Shown: piece by piece, positions 36,710-46,031 of the stretch
How the letters are laid out: every line of letters begins with the position of its first letter
How positions within the stretch are numbered: the first letter of the stretch is position 1
Source: Bacteroidales bacterium
Lineage (GTDB): Bacteria; Bacteroidota; Bacteroidia; Bacteroidales; GCA-2748055
Direction of reading: 5' to 3'
Length of the DNA stretch: 64,000 nt
Assembly (NCBI GenBank): GCA_029210725.1
Contig: JARGFM010000014.1
Span: 42,519-106,518, forward strand
The notes under the pieces: model-generated
Told to the model about the DNA's origin: nothing
The model's input: only the letters and a program-made list of their open reading frames with translations
Databases searched by the model: none
Translations under genes and position numbers: made by a program

Positions 36710-37795
36710 ATGGTAGTTGATGTAGCGCTTGAACCCATTTCCTTGGATGGGGAAATATTTAAAAAGCCTGTGATTATGGCAGGCCCCTGTAGTGCAGAAA
36801 CCGAGGAGCAGTTGATGAACACAGCAGTTCCCCTGGCAGAAATGGGAATTAAGATATTCAGGGCAGGAATATGGAAACCCCGTACCAGGCCCAATGCCTT
36901 TGAAGGAGTTGGTTCCATTGGATTAAAATGGTTACAGACGGTAAAGCGGGAAACCGGAATGCTGGTTGCAACCGAGGTGGCCAATGTAAAGCATGTATAT
37001 GAAGCCCTGAAGTTCGGAGTGGATATCATCTGGATCGGAGCCCGTACATCGGCAAATCCCTTTGCAGTCCAGGATATTGCCGACTCCCTTCGCGGAGTGA
37101 ATATTCCGGTAATGATCAAGAATCCTGTAAATCCGGATGTGGATCTCTGGATCGGAGCTATTGAACGGATCAACAACGCGGGTATTAAACAAATGGCTGC
37201 CATACACCGGGGGTTTTCCAGCTATGACAAAACCCTGTATCGGAATGTTCCCCAGTGGCAGGTGCCCATTGAATTGCGCAGGAGGATCCCGGAGATGCCC
37301 ATCATCACAGATCCCAGTCACATCTGCGGAAACCGGGAATTTCTGTATGATATCTCCCAGAAGGCGATGGATCTGAACTTCGACGGACTGATCATCGAAA
37401 CGCACTGCAATCCGGATAAGGCCCTGAGCGATGCGAAGCAGCAGGTAACCCCCGACGGATTGAAACAGATCCTCGACCGTCTGGTATTCCGGGATCCGGA
37501 GGTCAACGAGGAGTTAATGCTTACCCTGGCCGAACTGCGCGATCAAATCGATAAGCTGGACGACAGGATCATTAATCTGCTGGAGGAGAGAATGGGAATT
37601 TCAGAGAAGATCGGAAGCTATAAGAAGGATAATAATATTACCATTCTGCAGACCAAACGATGGGATGATATGTTGAAAACCAGGTTAAAACTTGGTGACA
37701 GAAAAGGGCTTAGTGAAGAGTTTATTATTAAATTGTACCGTTCCATTCACCAGGAGTCTATCAATCACCAGACCAGGGTGATGAACCAAGAGTAA
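36710..37795 (+). CDS. Bifunctional 3-deoxy-7-phosphoheptulonate (DAHP) synthase type I-beta / chorismate mutase type II
   Basis: The N-terminal roughly 265 aa resemble KDOPS-like DAHPS (GPCSAE, FRAGIWKPRT, DPSH). The C-terminal roughly 90 aa form a helical AroQ chorismate mutase (LRDQIDKLDDRIINLLEERM...). Confidence 0.9.
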   Translation: MVVDVALEPISLDGEIFKKPVIMAGPCSAETEEQLMNTAVPLAEMGIKIFRAGIWKPRTRPNAFEGVGSIGLKWLQTVKRETGMLVATEVANVKHVYEALKFGVDIIWIGARTSANPFAVQDIADSLRGVNIPVMIKNPVNPDVDLWIGAIERINNAGIKQMAAIHRGFSSYDKTLYRNVPQWQVPIELRRRIPEMPIITDPSHICGNREFLYDISQKAMDLNFDGLIIETHCNPDKALSDAKQQVTPDGLKQILDRLVFRDPEVNEELMLTLAELRDQIDKLDDRIINLLEERMGISEKIGSYKKDNNITILQTKRWDDMLKTRLKLGDRKGLSEEFIIKLYRSIHQESINHQTRVMNQE

Positions 37796-37799
37796 GATC

Positions 37800-38825
37800 A
37801 TGCATCAGCTAAGACTGACCACATCCGGAGGGGCCTCCGAGATCCTTGTTGGAGAGCTTCTTTCTTCCCGGCTTCAGGCGCTGGAGATGGAACCCATTTT
37901 GCTGATAGATGAGCTTGTGCTGCTTCATCACCACGATATTTTTGAGCCTTACAGGTCGCTTACCATTCCTTCCGGAGAGTCGCACAAGACCCTGCAAAGC
38001 GTGGAGGCCATCTACAGGCAGCTGGTGACTCTGGAGGCCGACCGCTCCACACTGATGATTGGGGTGGGGGGTGGATTGGCCACGGACGTGGCTGGTTTTG
38101 TGGCTTCCACTTTTCTTAGAGGAATGCCTTTTGGATTTATCTCCACCACTCTGCTGGGTCAGGTGGATGCCAGCATAGGAGGCAAGAACGGGGTGAATCT
38201 CGATGGCTATAAGAACATGATTGGAAATATCCGGCAACCTTCTTTTGTGTGGTGCGACCTTTCCCTGCTGACCAGCCTGGAAACCAGGCAGTATGTCTCC
38301 GGGATTGCCGAAGTGATCAAATACGGACTTATCCGGGATATCCGGTTTCTGGACTACCTCGGGGAGCATATGGAAGCCCTGCTGGGCCAGAAGGGAGAAG
38401 TGCTTGAACATGTGGTGAGTACTTCAGTTACTATAAAAAGTGAGGTGGTTCAGAAGGATGAACGAGAATCTGGTCTGCGGAAGATTCTTAATTTCGGGCA
38501 TACCTTCGGGCATGCCATTGAGCGTCACAAGGGCGTATTGCACGGCGAAGCGGTGGGGGTGGGGATGATCCTGGCAGCCAGGCTTTCTCACCTGCAGGGC
38601 CTGCTGTCGGCGCCGGAGGTGGACCGGGTCGAGCAGATGGTTCTTTCGGCCGGACTGCCTGCCCGCATGAAGCTGGATCCTGGTGAAATCTACGAGAATA
38701 TCAGGAAGGACAAGAAAAAGAGCGGAGAGGATGTACATCTGGTTCTGCTGAAAGGATTAGGGAATACCATCATCAGGCCCATGGCACTGTCGGAACTTAA
38801 ATCCCAGGTCAATGATCTGTGCTAG
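37800..38825 (+). CDS. aroB: 3-dehydroquinate synthase
   Basis: 341-aa ORF with the blocks GGGLATDVAGFVASTFLRG, VDASIGGKNGVN and NFGHTFGHAIE. Confidence 0.9.
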   Translation: MHQLRLTTSGGASEILVGELLSSRLQALEMEPILLIDELVLLHHHDIFEPYRSLTIPSGESHKTLQSVEAIYRQLVTLEADRSTLMIGVGGGLATDVAGFVASTFLRGMPFGFISTTLLGQVDASIGGKNGVNLDGYKNMIGNIRQPSFVWCDLSLLTSLETRQYVSGIAEVIKYGLIRDIRFLDYLGEHMEALLGQKGEVLEHVVSTSVTIKSEVVQKDERESGLRKILNFGHTFGHAIERHKGVLHGEAVGVGMILAARLSHLQGLLSAPEVDRVEQMVLSAGLPARMKLDPGEIYENIRKDKKKSGEDVHLVLLKGLGNTIIRPMALSELKSQVNDLC

Positions 38826-39447
38826 TGTTGCCCATATATCCGGTCTGGATGAGGCCATCAAATCGGGAGCCGGACTGATAGAGTTGAGACTCGACCTGAT
38901 TAAAGAGTCTCCGTCGAGGCTCTTTCCTCTGATGCCAAAAAACATGGAAACCATTGTTACCTGTCGTCCCGGAGTCTACAGTGATCCGGAGCGGACAGGA
39001 CTTTTGCAGGCGGGTATGAAGCTGGGTGCCGACTATGTGGATATTGAGCTCGAGTCGGATCGCGGAGCGATGGAGCAGTTGATTGGCACTGCCGGCACGA
39101 CGGGAACCAGGGTGATTATTTCCCATCACGATTTTATCAGGACGGCAGACCGGGAAGACCTGGAATCATTGATGAAAGCCTGTTACGAAAAGGGAGCGGA
39201 GATCGCGAAAATTGCCACCTGGGTGAACGCCCCGGAGGATATCCGTAAGCTGCTGAGTCTCTATGACTTTCCTGGCAAGAAGGTGATTCTTGGAATGGGG
39301 CCCCTGGGAAGGATTACCCGGGTAGTGGCCCCCTATCTGGGCGCTGTATTTACCTTTGCCTCCACCACTGAAGCAGATGAGACCGCTCCGGGACAGCTCA
39401 GTATAAAACAGTTAAATGAACTATATAAAGTGATTGATAACTCATGA
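38812..39447 (+). CDS. aroD: 3-dehydroquinate dehydratase, type I (short form, 211 aa)
   Basis: It has IELRLD and VDIEL blocks, a catalytic-His context (IISHHDF) and a Schiff-base Lys context (AEIAKIAT). It overlaps the aroB end by 14 nt and the aroC start by 4 nt. Confidence 0.8.
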   Translation: MICASVAHISGLDEAIKSGAGLIELRLDLIKESPSRLFPLMPKNMETIVTCRPGVYSDPERTGLLQAGMKLGADYVDIELESDRGAMEQLIGTAGTTGTRVIISHHDFIRTADREDLESLMKACYEKGAEIAKIATWVNAPEDIRKLLSLYDFPGKKVILGMGPLGRITRVVAPYLGAVFTFASTTEADETAPGQLSIKQLNELYKVIDNS

Positions 39448-40448
39448 ATACATTCGGTAGATTATTCAGAGTCAGTATTTTTGGCGAATCGCACGGAGAG
39501 TCTGTGGGTATTGTGATGGACGGGGTTCCTGCAGGAATTCCACTGAAACCATCGGATTTTGAAGAGGATTTTTCCAGGAGGAAAAGCGGTGCAAAAGGAA
39601 CCACTCCCAGGCAGGAACCTGACATTCCGGGGATCAAAAGCGGTGTCTTTAACGGCCATACTACCGGTGCTCCCTTAATGGTCCTTTTTGAAAATACAAA
39701 CACCCGGTCGAGAGACTACAGCCAGCTGAAGGATATTCCCAGGCCCGGGCATGCAGATTTTACCGCGCATCATAAATTCGGAGGGTACCAGGATTATCGG
39801 GGGGGCGGACATTTTTCGGGACGTCTGACCCTGGGACTGGTAGCTGCAGGTGTGCTGGCAAAAAAGATTCTTGCTCCCATGGAGGTAAGATCCGCGCTCC
39901 TGGAGGCAGGTGGCAGCAGCGATATTGAATCCGCCCTGAACCGGGCCATCGAGAACCAGGATTCCATCGGGGGGATTGTGGAGTGCAGGATATCCGGAGT
40001 TCCGCCCGGACTGGGAGAACCCTTCTTTGACTCGGTGGAGGCAGTGATGAGTCATATGATCTTTTCCATTCCAGCTATAAAGGGAATTGAGTTTGGTGCC
40101 GGATTCCGGGCTGCAAAGATGACCGGAAGTGAACATAATGATAATTTTATATCTACCAGCGGAACCACCGGGACCAACCGTGCAGGAGGAATCAACGGGG
40201 GAATATCCAACGGCAATGAGATTTATTTCAGGGTGGCCGTAAAACCAACCTCCAGCACACACCGGACCCAGCGTACTATGAATATGGCTACGGGCCAAAT
40301 GGAGGATCTCAGCATTGAAGGAAGACACGATACCTGCATTGCGCTGAGGGTTCCGGTGGTCGTAGAGGCGGCTGCCGCGCTGGTGATGGCCGATTTTTTG
40401 CTGCAGGCACAGGAAGCTGAACGAATTTTTAAACACAAATCTGAATAG
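39444..40448 (+). CDS. aroC: Chorismate synthase
   Basis: 334-aa ORF with the blocks FGESHG, PRPGHAD, GGGHFSGR, GINGGISNG and RHDTC. Confidence 0.9.
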   Translation: MNTFGRLFRVSIFGESHGESVGIVMDGVPAGIPLKPSDFEEDFSRRKSGAKGTTPRQEPDIPGIKSGVFNGHTTGAPLMVLFENTNTRSRDYSQLKDIPRPGHADFTAHHKFGGYQDYRGGGHFSGRLTLGLVAAGVLAKKILAPMEVRSALLEAGGSSDIESALNRAIENQDSIGGIVECRISGVPPGLGEPFFDSVEAVMSHMIFSIPAIKGIEFGAGFRAAKMTGSEHNDNFISTSGTTGTNRAGGINGGISNGNEIYFRVAVKPTSSTHRTQRTMNMATGQMEDLSIEGRHDTCIALRVPVVVEAAAALVMADFLLQAQEAERIFKHKSE

Positions 40449-40454
40449 AACGGA

Positions 40455-41237
40455 ATGCGAATAGCAATTATTGGAGCCGGAAACATGGGTTCGTGGCTGG
40501 TGGAGTCGCTCTGCCTCGATGATGAGGTGGGCATCTATGATGTGGATCGAAGTAAACTGAAATACTTCTTCAATTCCAGGAAATTTTTATACTATGAGGA
40601 GATCATGGACTTTTCACCAGACCTGCTGATCAATGCAGTGAGTCTGGATAAGACCCTCTCCGTTTTTGATGATATTGTCTCCTATCTTCCCAAAGACTGT
40701 ATTGTGGCTGATATCACTTCGGTAAAGAGCGGACTGGCTGAGTATTACAAAAAACTGAACCGGCGCTTTGTTTCCACCCACCCCATGTTTGGTCCCACTT
40801 TTGGAAATGTAAAGGACCTGAGCAATGAAAATGCCATAATTATCAAGGAATCGGATGAGGAAGGGAAGGCTTTTTTCAGGGAGTTTTACAGCAGTCTGAA
40901 AATTAGGGTTCATGAATACTCCTTTGAGGAGCATGATAAGACCATTGCCTATTCACTCTCCATTCCTTTCTCATCCACCATGGTATTTGCTGCCTGCATG
41001 AAGGAGCAGGAGGCACCGGGAACCACCTTTAAAAAACACTTCAGCATCGCTGAAGGATTGCTTTCGGAGGACGATTTCCTGCTCACCGAGATTCTGCTCA
41101 GTCCCCACAGCCTGAAACAGGTGGAACGGATCAGTGAACAGATGGATCGTTTGATAGAAATGATCAAAGCTCGTGACACGGAGCAGTTAAAGGTTTTTTT
41201 CCAGGGCCTGAGGCATAATCTAGGTCTGGAATCGTAG
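40455..41237 (+). CDS. tyrA: Prephenate dehydrogenase
   Basis: 260-aa ORF with the Rossmann start MRIAIIGAGNMG, VSTHPMFGP, and a helical C-terminal dimerisation domain. Confidence 0.8.
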   Translation: MRIAIIGAGNMGSWLVESLCLDDEVGIYDVDRSKLKYFFNSRKFLYYEEIMDFSPDLLINAVSLDKTLSVFDDIVSYLPKDCIVADITSVKSGLAEYYKKLNRRFVSTHPMFGPTFGNVKDLSNENAIIIKESDEEGKAFFREFYSSLKIRVHEYSFEEHDKTIAYSLSIPFSSTMVFAACMKEQEAPGTTFKKHFSIAEGLLSEDDFLLTEILLSPHSLKQVERISEQMDRLIEMIKARDTEQLKVFFQGLRHNLGLES

Positions 41238-42545
41238 AAGGAGCACCCGGCTGGTGGAAGGAGTGATCCGGAAGCGATGGTCGATTCGGTGCCCCATGAT
41301 CCATACGATTTTTTTTCCGGAGGCCATGATCCATATGCGTTCTTTTTCAGGGACCGGGACTTTTGTGTCCACAAAGAAATCGCTGAGCTTCTTCATCTGG
41401 TTCATGCCGAGCGGAAAGAAATAGTCTCCGTGCTGCCAGCGCCGGATGGTGAGGGGAAACTGTATCAGGTCCAGATCCAGGCAGGCTGTCCCGGGATCGT
41501 CCGGAATAAGCGGAAGCTCCGACCGGTCCAGTACCTCCATATCCATGGGAAAGGGCAGGGAGGAGTGTTTTTCCGGATCGTCCAGGTAATATCGTTCGAA
41601 GGAAGCGCTGTCCGATGGCACCAGGATCATCAGATTACGGTCCTTATAGAGCCGGTGAGTCGTGGAGATCGACAGGCGGCCCGGTCCGGAGTCCATAATT
41701 TTCCTGATCCCCTCACACTGAGAACGTGTAAATCCATAGGGAGAGAAAAGTTCATATATCCAGGTCTCCGGAGGGGTCAGGGCCCTGAGTTTTTCCGTAT
41801 CGATGCTGATCTTTCCATGCTTCCCCTTAAAGAGTTCCCGCCGGACCTTTTCAACGGAGTTTTGAAAGATCTCGTAGATCTCACCCAGCCGTTTCATATT
41901 CCCCTCCATGGTTTCCATAAAGCCCGGATTGATCTGTTCCATCACAGGAAGTACCCCGTGCCTGATCTTGTTTCTCTGGTACCTGCTCTCCTGGTTACTG
42001 GCATCTTCCCTGAATTCAATGGCATGCTGCTGCTGATAAGATTCAATCTGGGAACGCGAGGCAAAGAGAAGCGGTCTGATGATGTTTCCGCGTCTTGGTG
42101 AGATGCCTTTTAAACCTCTTAATCCCGAACCCCGGGACAGGTTCAGGAAGAAGGTTTCCACTGCATCGTTTTTGTTGTGAGCCGCAGCCAGGCGGTCCAG
42201 GCCGTGTTCGGTCAACAACTCTTCAAACCAGGCATAACGCAGATCCCTGGCGGCCATTTGCAGGGAGATGCCCTCTTGCTGCATTTCCTTCCGGACATCA
42301 AATCGTTTGACCTTAATCGGGATTTCCAGAGAACTGGCCAGTGAACGGACCAGCATTTCATCCAGATCTGAATCCTCTCCCCTGAGCTGAAAGTTGCAGT
42401 GGGCAATGCTGCATTCATATCCTGAGACTTTAAAAAGGTGGGCCATCACCACCGAATCGATACCTCCGCTTACCGCCAGGAGAATCCGGTGATCCGGTCT
42501 GCAAAGATCCAGTTCACTCAGAAAGCTGTTGAATCCCTCAAGCAT
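41220..42545 (-). CDS. tilS: tRNA(Ile)-lysidine synthetase
   Basis: 441-aa ORF with PP-loop LLAVSGGIDSVV and the blocks AHNKNDAVETFFLNL and IRPLL. Confidence 0.9.
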   Translation of the reverse strand: MLEGFNSFLSELDLCRPDHRILLAVSGGIDSVVMAHLFKVSGYECSIAHCNFQLRGEDSDLDEMLVRSLASSLEIPIKVKRFDVRKEMQQEGISLQMAARDLRYAWFEELLTEHGLDRLAAAHNKNDAVETFFLNLSRGSGLRGLKGISPRRGNIIRPLLFASRSQIESYQQQHAIEFREDASNQESRYQRNKIRHGVLPVMEQINPGFMETMEGNMKRLGEIYEIFQNSVEKVRRELFKGKHGKISIDTEKLRALTPPETWIYELFSPYGFTRSQCEGIRKIMDSGPGRLSISTTHRLYKDRNLMILVPSDSASFERYYLDDPEKHSSLPFPMDMEVLDRSELPLIPDDPGTACLDLDLIQFPLTIRRWQHGDYFFPLGMNQMKKLSDFFVDTKVPVPEKERIWIMASGKKIVWIMGHRIDHRFRITPSTSRVLLLRFQT

Positions 42546-42549
42546 GATT

Positions 42550-44475
42550 TTACTGCAGGCCGACTACACCGGGGCCCTGTTTAAAAACAATATCTACAGG
42601 AATATGAAGCAATTCAAGTCTCTCCAGGTCCGATTGCAGCTCCTCACGGATAAAGCCTTTCTCTTCCACCAGTCTTTTAGCCAGTTCATAATCGCCATCG
42701 CCCTGGGTGGTCAGAATCAGATTCGTCAGTTCGTACATAGCCTGCTGCATCGCTTCAAAATTGATGCTGTAAGTACCGTTCAGATCCCTCGCGAAGGCCC
42801 CCATCTCCTGGAAATAGTAGAAACGGATCATATTCGCTTTGCCGTGTGAACTGGCCACTCCAAAACGGATACTGCGGAAGATACTGGCCATAAAGGTCAC
42901 ATAGGTATCCATCAGGTCCCGTTCACCGAGCATACCCTCTTCGTACATTTTGGTGATCAGGAACAAAGAGAGAATATCTGCTTTTCCCTCTTCCAGGGCA
43001 CTGTACTGCTCTTTCAGGGCCGACCGAACCGTTCCTGAACCATGGATGGTCTGGTTCAGTCCCAGTCCGTGAGCCACCTCATGGAACATCACATTCTCGA
43101 AAAATGCATCAAAGGTGACGTGTTCGCGCTGCTCCTCTGCAATCAATACATTGCTGATGGGCAGGAGGATTTCCTCGAACTTGTACCGGATGGCATTTTT
43201 CAGCTGAAGTTTCCTGGAGCCTTTACCGGCCTGCACCCGTTCGTCATTGGGAAGGTTTATGGCAATGGTTTTGCTGCCTGCATTGCAATCGCCGGCATAA
43301 TAGATCACGTCGTAGGCTCCCAGATCGGATTGACTGCCCGGAACCTCCTGTTTGTAAACCTCCGGAACAGGCAGGCTCTTCTGCATTTGTGGAAGAACCG
43401 AGCTGATATAGGCCAGCTTTTCGCTCCAGCTTTTGTCTTTTATAAGGATGAAGGATTCATGAGCTGCCTTGTAATTGTAGAGTGCATCCTCATAGTTTTC
43501 TATGGGTCCCACCACAAAATCTATGTCATTCTCCTTCATATCCATCCAGGCCATATCCGAGGGGTAATAGTCGTCGGTCAGCAAGGCATCGGCCCTGAGT
43601 TTCAGGTATTTCTTAAACCCCTTATCTTCAGCTAAATCCGCGGCCTGTTTCAGTAATTCAGAGGCCTGTTTTAGCTGCCCGGCATAGGCTTCATGGTAGG
43701 GGACCACCTGTAAGGAACCATCCGGGTCCCTGGTGATCAGGGTATAGAGGCTGCTTTTTTCAGGATCATCCAGGGATTCAAATTCCTCCTTGCTCATGTC
43801 GGCCGGATAGTATCCTGAACCCCTGGGTTTTGGTCCGTAACCCGGGAGAAAGGGGAGGTTTCCGTTAAGACGCTCCCAGGGCCCGTAATTGATCTGAAAG
43901 AAACGGGCCACATGCTCATCCACCATGGAGGCCAGTGCGGCATCCCTGTCGGGAAATACCTGCGCCCAGTAAATATCATCCATGATATCGGCAACCTGGA
44001 AGAGCAATCCGATCATTTCTCTTTGATTATCTGAGAGATGAGAGAGGTCGGTTTTTAACTCCACCTCTGCAAACTCTTTCGCTTTGCGTTCCATGAGGTC
44101 GCTGAATTTTTCGAGACTGAGTTCTTTTTCAGTTTCAGTAAAACGGAGGAGCAGTTTCTTTTCCGTTTTAAGGTAAGTAAGAGCGCTCACCGTAAGTTCA
44201 CTATGAATGGGAATAGTGGTGGTGTAGCTGATTTGCTCCTCATTTTCTGAACTTTGCTGAATCGAGTAGACTTCGCCTTCCAGCTCGACCACATCGCCTT
44301 TCAAAGTAAAAAAAAGAGATTGGGGATCCGTGTACCTGCTTCCATCCTCATCTTCAATCTCAAAGCGGGGCAGGGTGCCTGAAAAAAGTTCGAACAGTCC
44401 TTTTTCCTGGTTACACCCCTGGAAAAGCAGAATAAATGTGGCAGACAGGAGCGGGACAAATGCATGTAGTTTCAT
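42550..44475 (-). CDS. Zinc metallopeptidase related to dipeptidyl-peptidase III (M49-like), lipoprotein
   Basis: Zinc motifs FHEVAHGLG (HExxH) and EEGKADILS (EExxAD). ATG 44475 gives MKLHAFVPLLSATFILLFQGC (lipobox). The track start at 44556 would overlap proS. Confidence 0.65.
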   Translation of the reverse strand: MKLHAFVPLLSATFILLFQGCNQEKGLFELFSGTLPRFEIEDEDGSRYTDPQSLFFTLKGDVVELEGEVYSIQQSSENEEQISYTTTIPIHSELTVSALTYLKTEKKLLLRFTETEKELSLEKFSDLMERKAKEFAEVELKTDLSHLSDNQREMIGLLFQVADIMDDIYWAQVFPDRDAALASMVDEHVARFFQINYGPWERLNGNLPFLPGYGPKPRGSGYYPADMSKEEFESLDDPEKSSLYTLITRDPDGSLQVVPYHEAYAGQLKQASELLKQAADLAEDKGFKKYLKLRADALLTDDYYPSDMAWMDMKENDIDFVVGPIENYEDALYNYKAAHESFILIKDKSWSEKLAYISSVLPQMQKSLPVPEVYKQEVPGSQSDLGAYDVIYYAGDCNAGSKTIAINLPNDERVQAGKGSRKLQLKNAIRYKFEEILLPISNVLIAEEQREHVTFDAFFENVMFHEVAHGLGLNQTIHGSGTVRSALKEQYSALEEGKADILSLFLITKMYEEGMLGERDLMDTYVTFMASIFRSIRFGVASSHGKANMIRFYYFQEMGAFARDLNGTYSINFEAMQQAMYELTNLILTTQGDGDYELAKRLVEEKGFIREELQSDLERLELLHIPVDIVFKQGPGVVGLQ

Positions 44476-44503
44476 GGGAGCGATTTTTATTTGGTAAAAA
44501 AAG

Positions 44504-45976
44504 TTAGTAGGCTTTCGCAATGACAACCCTCTTCCTGGAAGGCTTGCCACTAACAACGCACCGGCCCTCTTCCTCTACAGCGTTCAGCGGCAGGCAACGA
44601 ATGGTTGCCTTGGTTTCCTTGATCCGTTCTTCCGACTCGGGGCTCCCGTCCCAATGGGCCAGGGCAAAGCCACCCTTGTTTTCAAGCACGTCCACAAGCT
44701 CATCCCAGGTATCCACGCGATGTGTATGGGCATTCCTGAATTCCAGCGCTTTGTTATAGATATGCTCCTGGATATCCTCCAGCAGTGCTTTGATATAGGT
44801 GGCAAGTCCTTCCTGGGGAAGCACTTTCTTCTCCAGGGTATCCCTGCGGGCGAGCTCCACGGTTCCGTTTTCAATATCGCGAGGACCAATGGCAATTCGC
44901 ACCGGTACCCCTTTCAATTCATATTCGGCAAATTTCCAGCCCGGTTTCTGTGTATCGCGGTCATCATACTTCACTTCGATACCAAGTACCGTAAGGTCAT
45001 TTTTGATCTTATTAGCCACCTCTGTTATGGAAGGCAGCTCCTCATTGCCCCGGTAGATAGGCACAATAACCACTTGAATTGGAGCCACCCTGGGGGGAAG
45101 TACCAGACCATGGTTATCAGAATGTGCCATGATCAGCGCTCCGATCATCCGGGTAGTCATTCCCCATGAAGTAGCCCATACGTGGTCCAGTTTTCCCTCC
45201 CTGTTCGTAAACTGCACATCAAAGGCTTTGGCAAAGTTTTGTCCCAGGAAATGAGAGGTACCGGCCTGCAGGGCCTTCCCGTCCTGCATCAGTGCTTCAA
45301 TGGTCAGGGTCTCAACAGCTCCTGCAAATTTTTCTGACTCGGTTTTGCTCCCAAGCAGTACGGGAATGCCCAGGAATTTTTCCGAGAATTCGGCATAGAT
45401 ATTCACCATCCGGAGGGTCTCCTCTTCAGCCTCTTCCCGGGTGGCATGTGCCGTATGGCCTTCCTGCCACAGAAACTCGGACGTTCGGAGAAAAAGCCGG
45501 GTGCGCATCTCCCACCGGACCACGTTGGCCCACTGGTTAATCAGGATGGGCAGGTCCCGGTACGATTGAACCCAGTTCTTATAGGTGTTCCATATAATGG
45601 TCTCGGAGGTAGGCCTGACGATCAGTTCCTCTTCCAGCTTTGCTTCGGGGTCCACCATAAGTCCGCCATTTTTCTCATCGGCTTTCAGTCGATAGTGTGT
45701 GACTACGGCACATTCCTTGGCAAAACCCTCCACATGGTCGGCTTCCCTGCTGAAAAATGACTTTGGTATAAACAGAGGAAAATAGGCGTTCTCGTGCCCG
45801 GTTGCTTTAAACTTCCGGTCCAGTTCGGCCTTCATCTTCTCCCAGATGGCATATCCGTAAGGTTTGATCACCATACAACCCCTCACTGCCGAGTTCTCGG
45901 CGAGTCCTGACTTTAATACCAGATCGTTATACCACTGCGCGTAATTCTCTTCCCTGCTGGTTAATACTTTGGCCAT
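44504..45976 (-). CDS. proS: Proline--tRNA ligase (archaeal/eukaryote-like type)
   Basis: 490-aa ORF. The N-terminus [18 protein letters not shown]...[16 protein letters not shown] and class IIa motifs are present. The C-terminal zinc-binding-like domain ends in ...IAKAY. Confidence 0.95.
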   Translation of the reverse strand: MAKVLTSREENYAQWYNDLVLKSGLAENSAVRGCMVIKPYGYAIWEKMKAELDRKFKATGHENAYFPLFIPKSFFSREADHVEGFAKECAVVTHYRLKADEKNGGLMVDPEAKLEEELIVRPTSETIIWNTYKNWVQSYRDLPILINQWANVVRWEMRTRLFLRTSEFLWQEGHTAHATREEAEEETLRMVNIYAEFSEKFLGIPVLLGSKTESEKFAGAVETLTIEALMQDGKALQAGTSHFLGQNFAKAFDVQFTNREGKLDHVWATSWGMTTRMIGALIMAHSDNHGLVLPPRVAPIQVVIVPIYRGNEELPSITEVANKIKNDLTVLGIEVKYDDRDTQKPGWKFAEYELKGVPVRIAIGPRDIENGTVELARRDTLEKKVLPQEGLATYIKALLEDIQEHIYNKALEFRNAHTHRVDTWDELVDVLENKGGFALAHWDGSPESEERIKETKATIRCLPLNAVEEEGRCVVSGKPSRKRVVIAKAY

Positions 45977-46031
45977 TATCTTGCTTTTTTAGAGCTACAA
46001 AGAAAAGAAAAAAAGGCGAGCTGCTGAAGTC

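Noticed and set aside
41220-41237. Convergent 3' overlaps (tyrA/tilS by 18 nt; FadL-like barrel/WbqC at 53367-53377 by 11 nt; uvrA/porin at 28817-28820)
   Set aside because: Short convergent overlaps are common in compact genomes. There is no evidence of antisense regulation, and no hairpins are associated with them.
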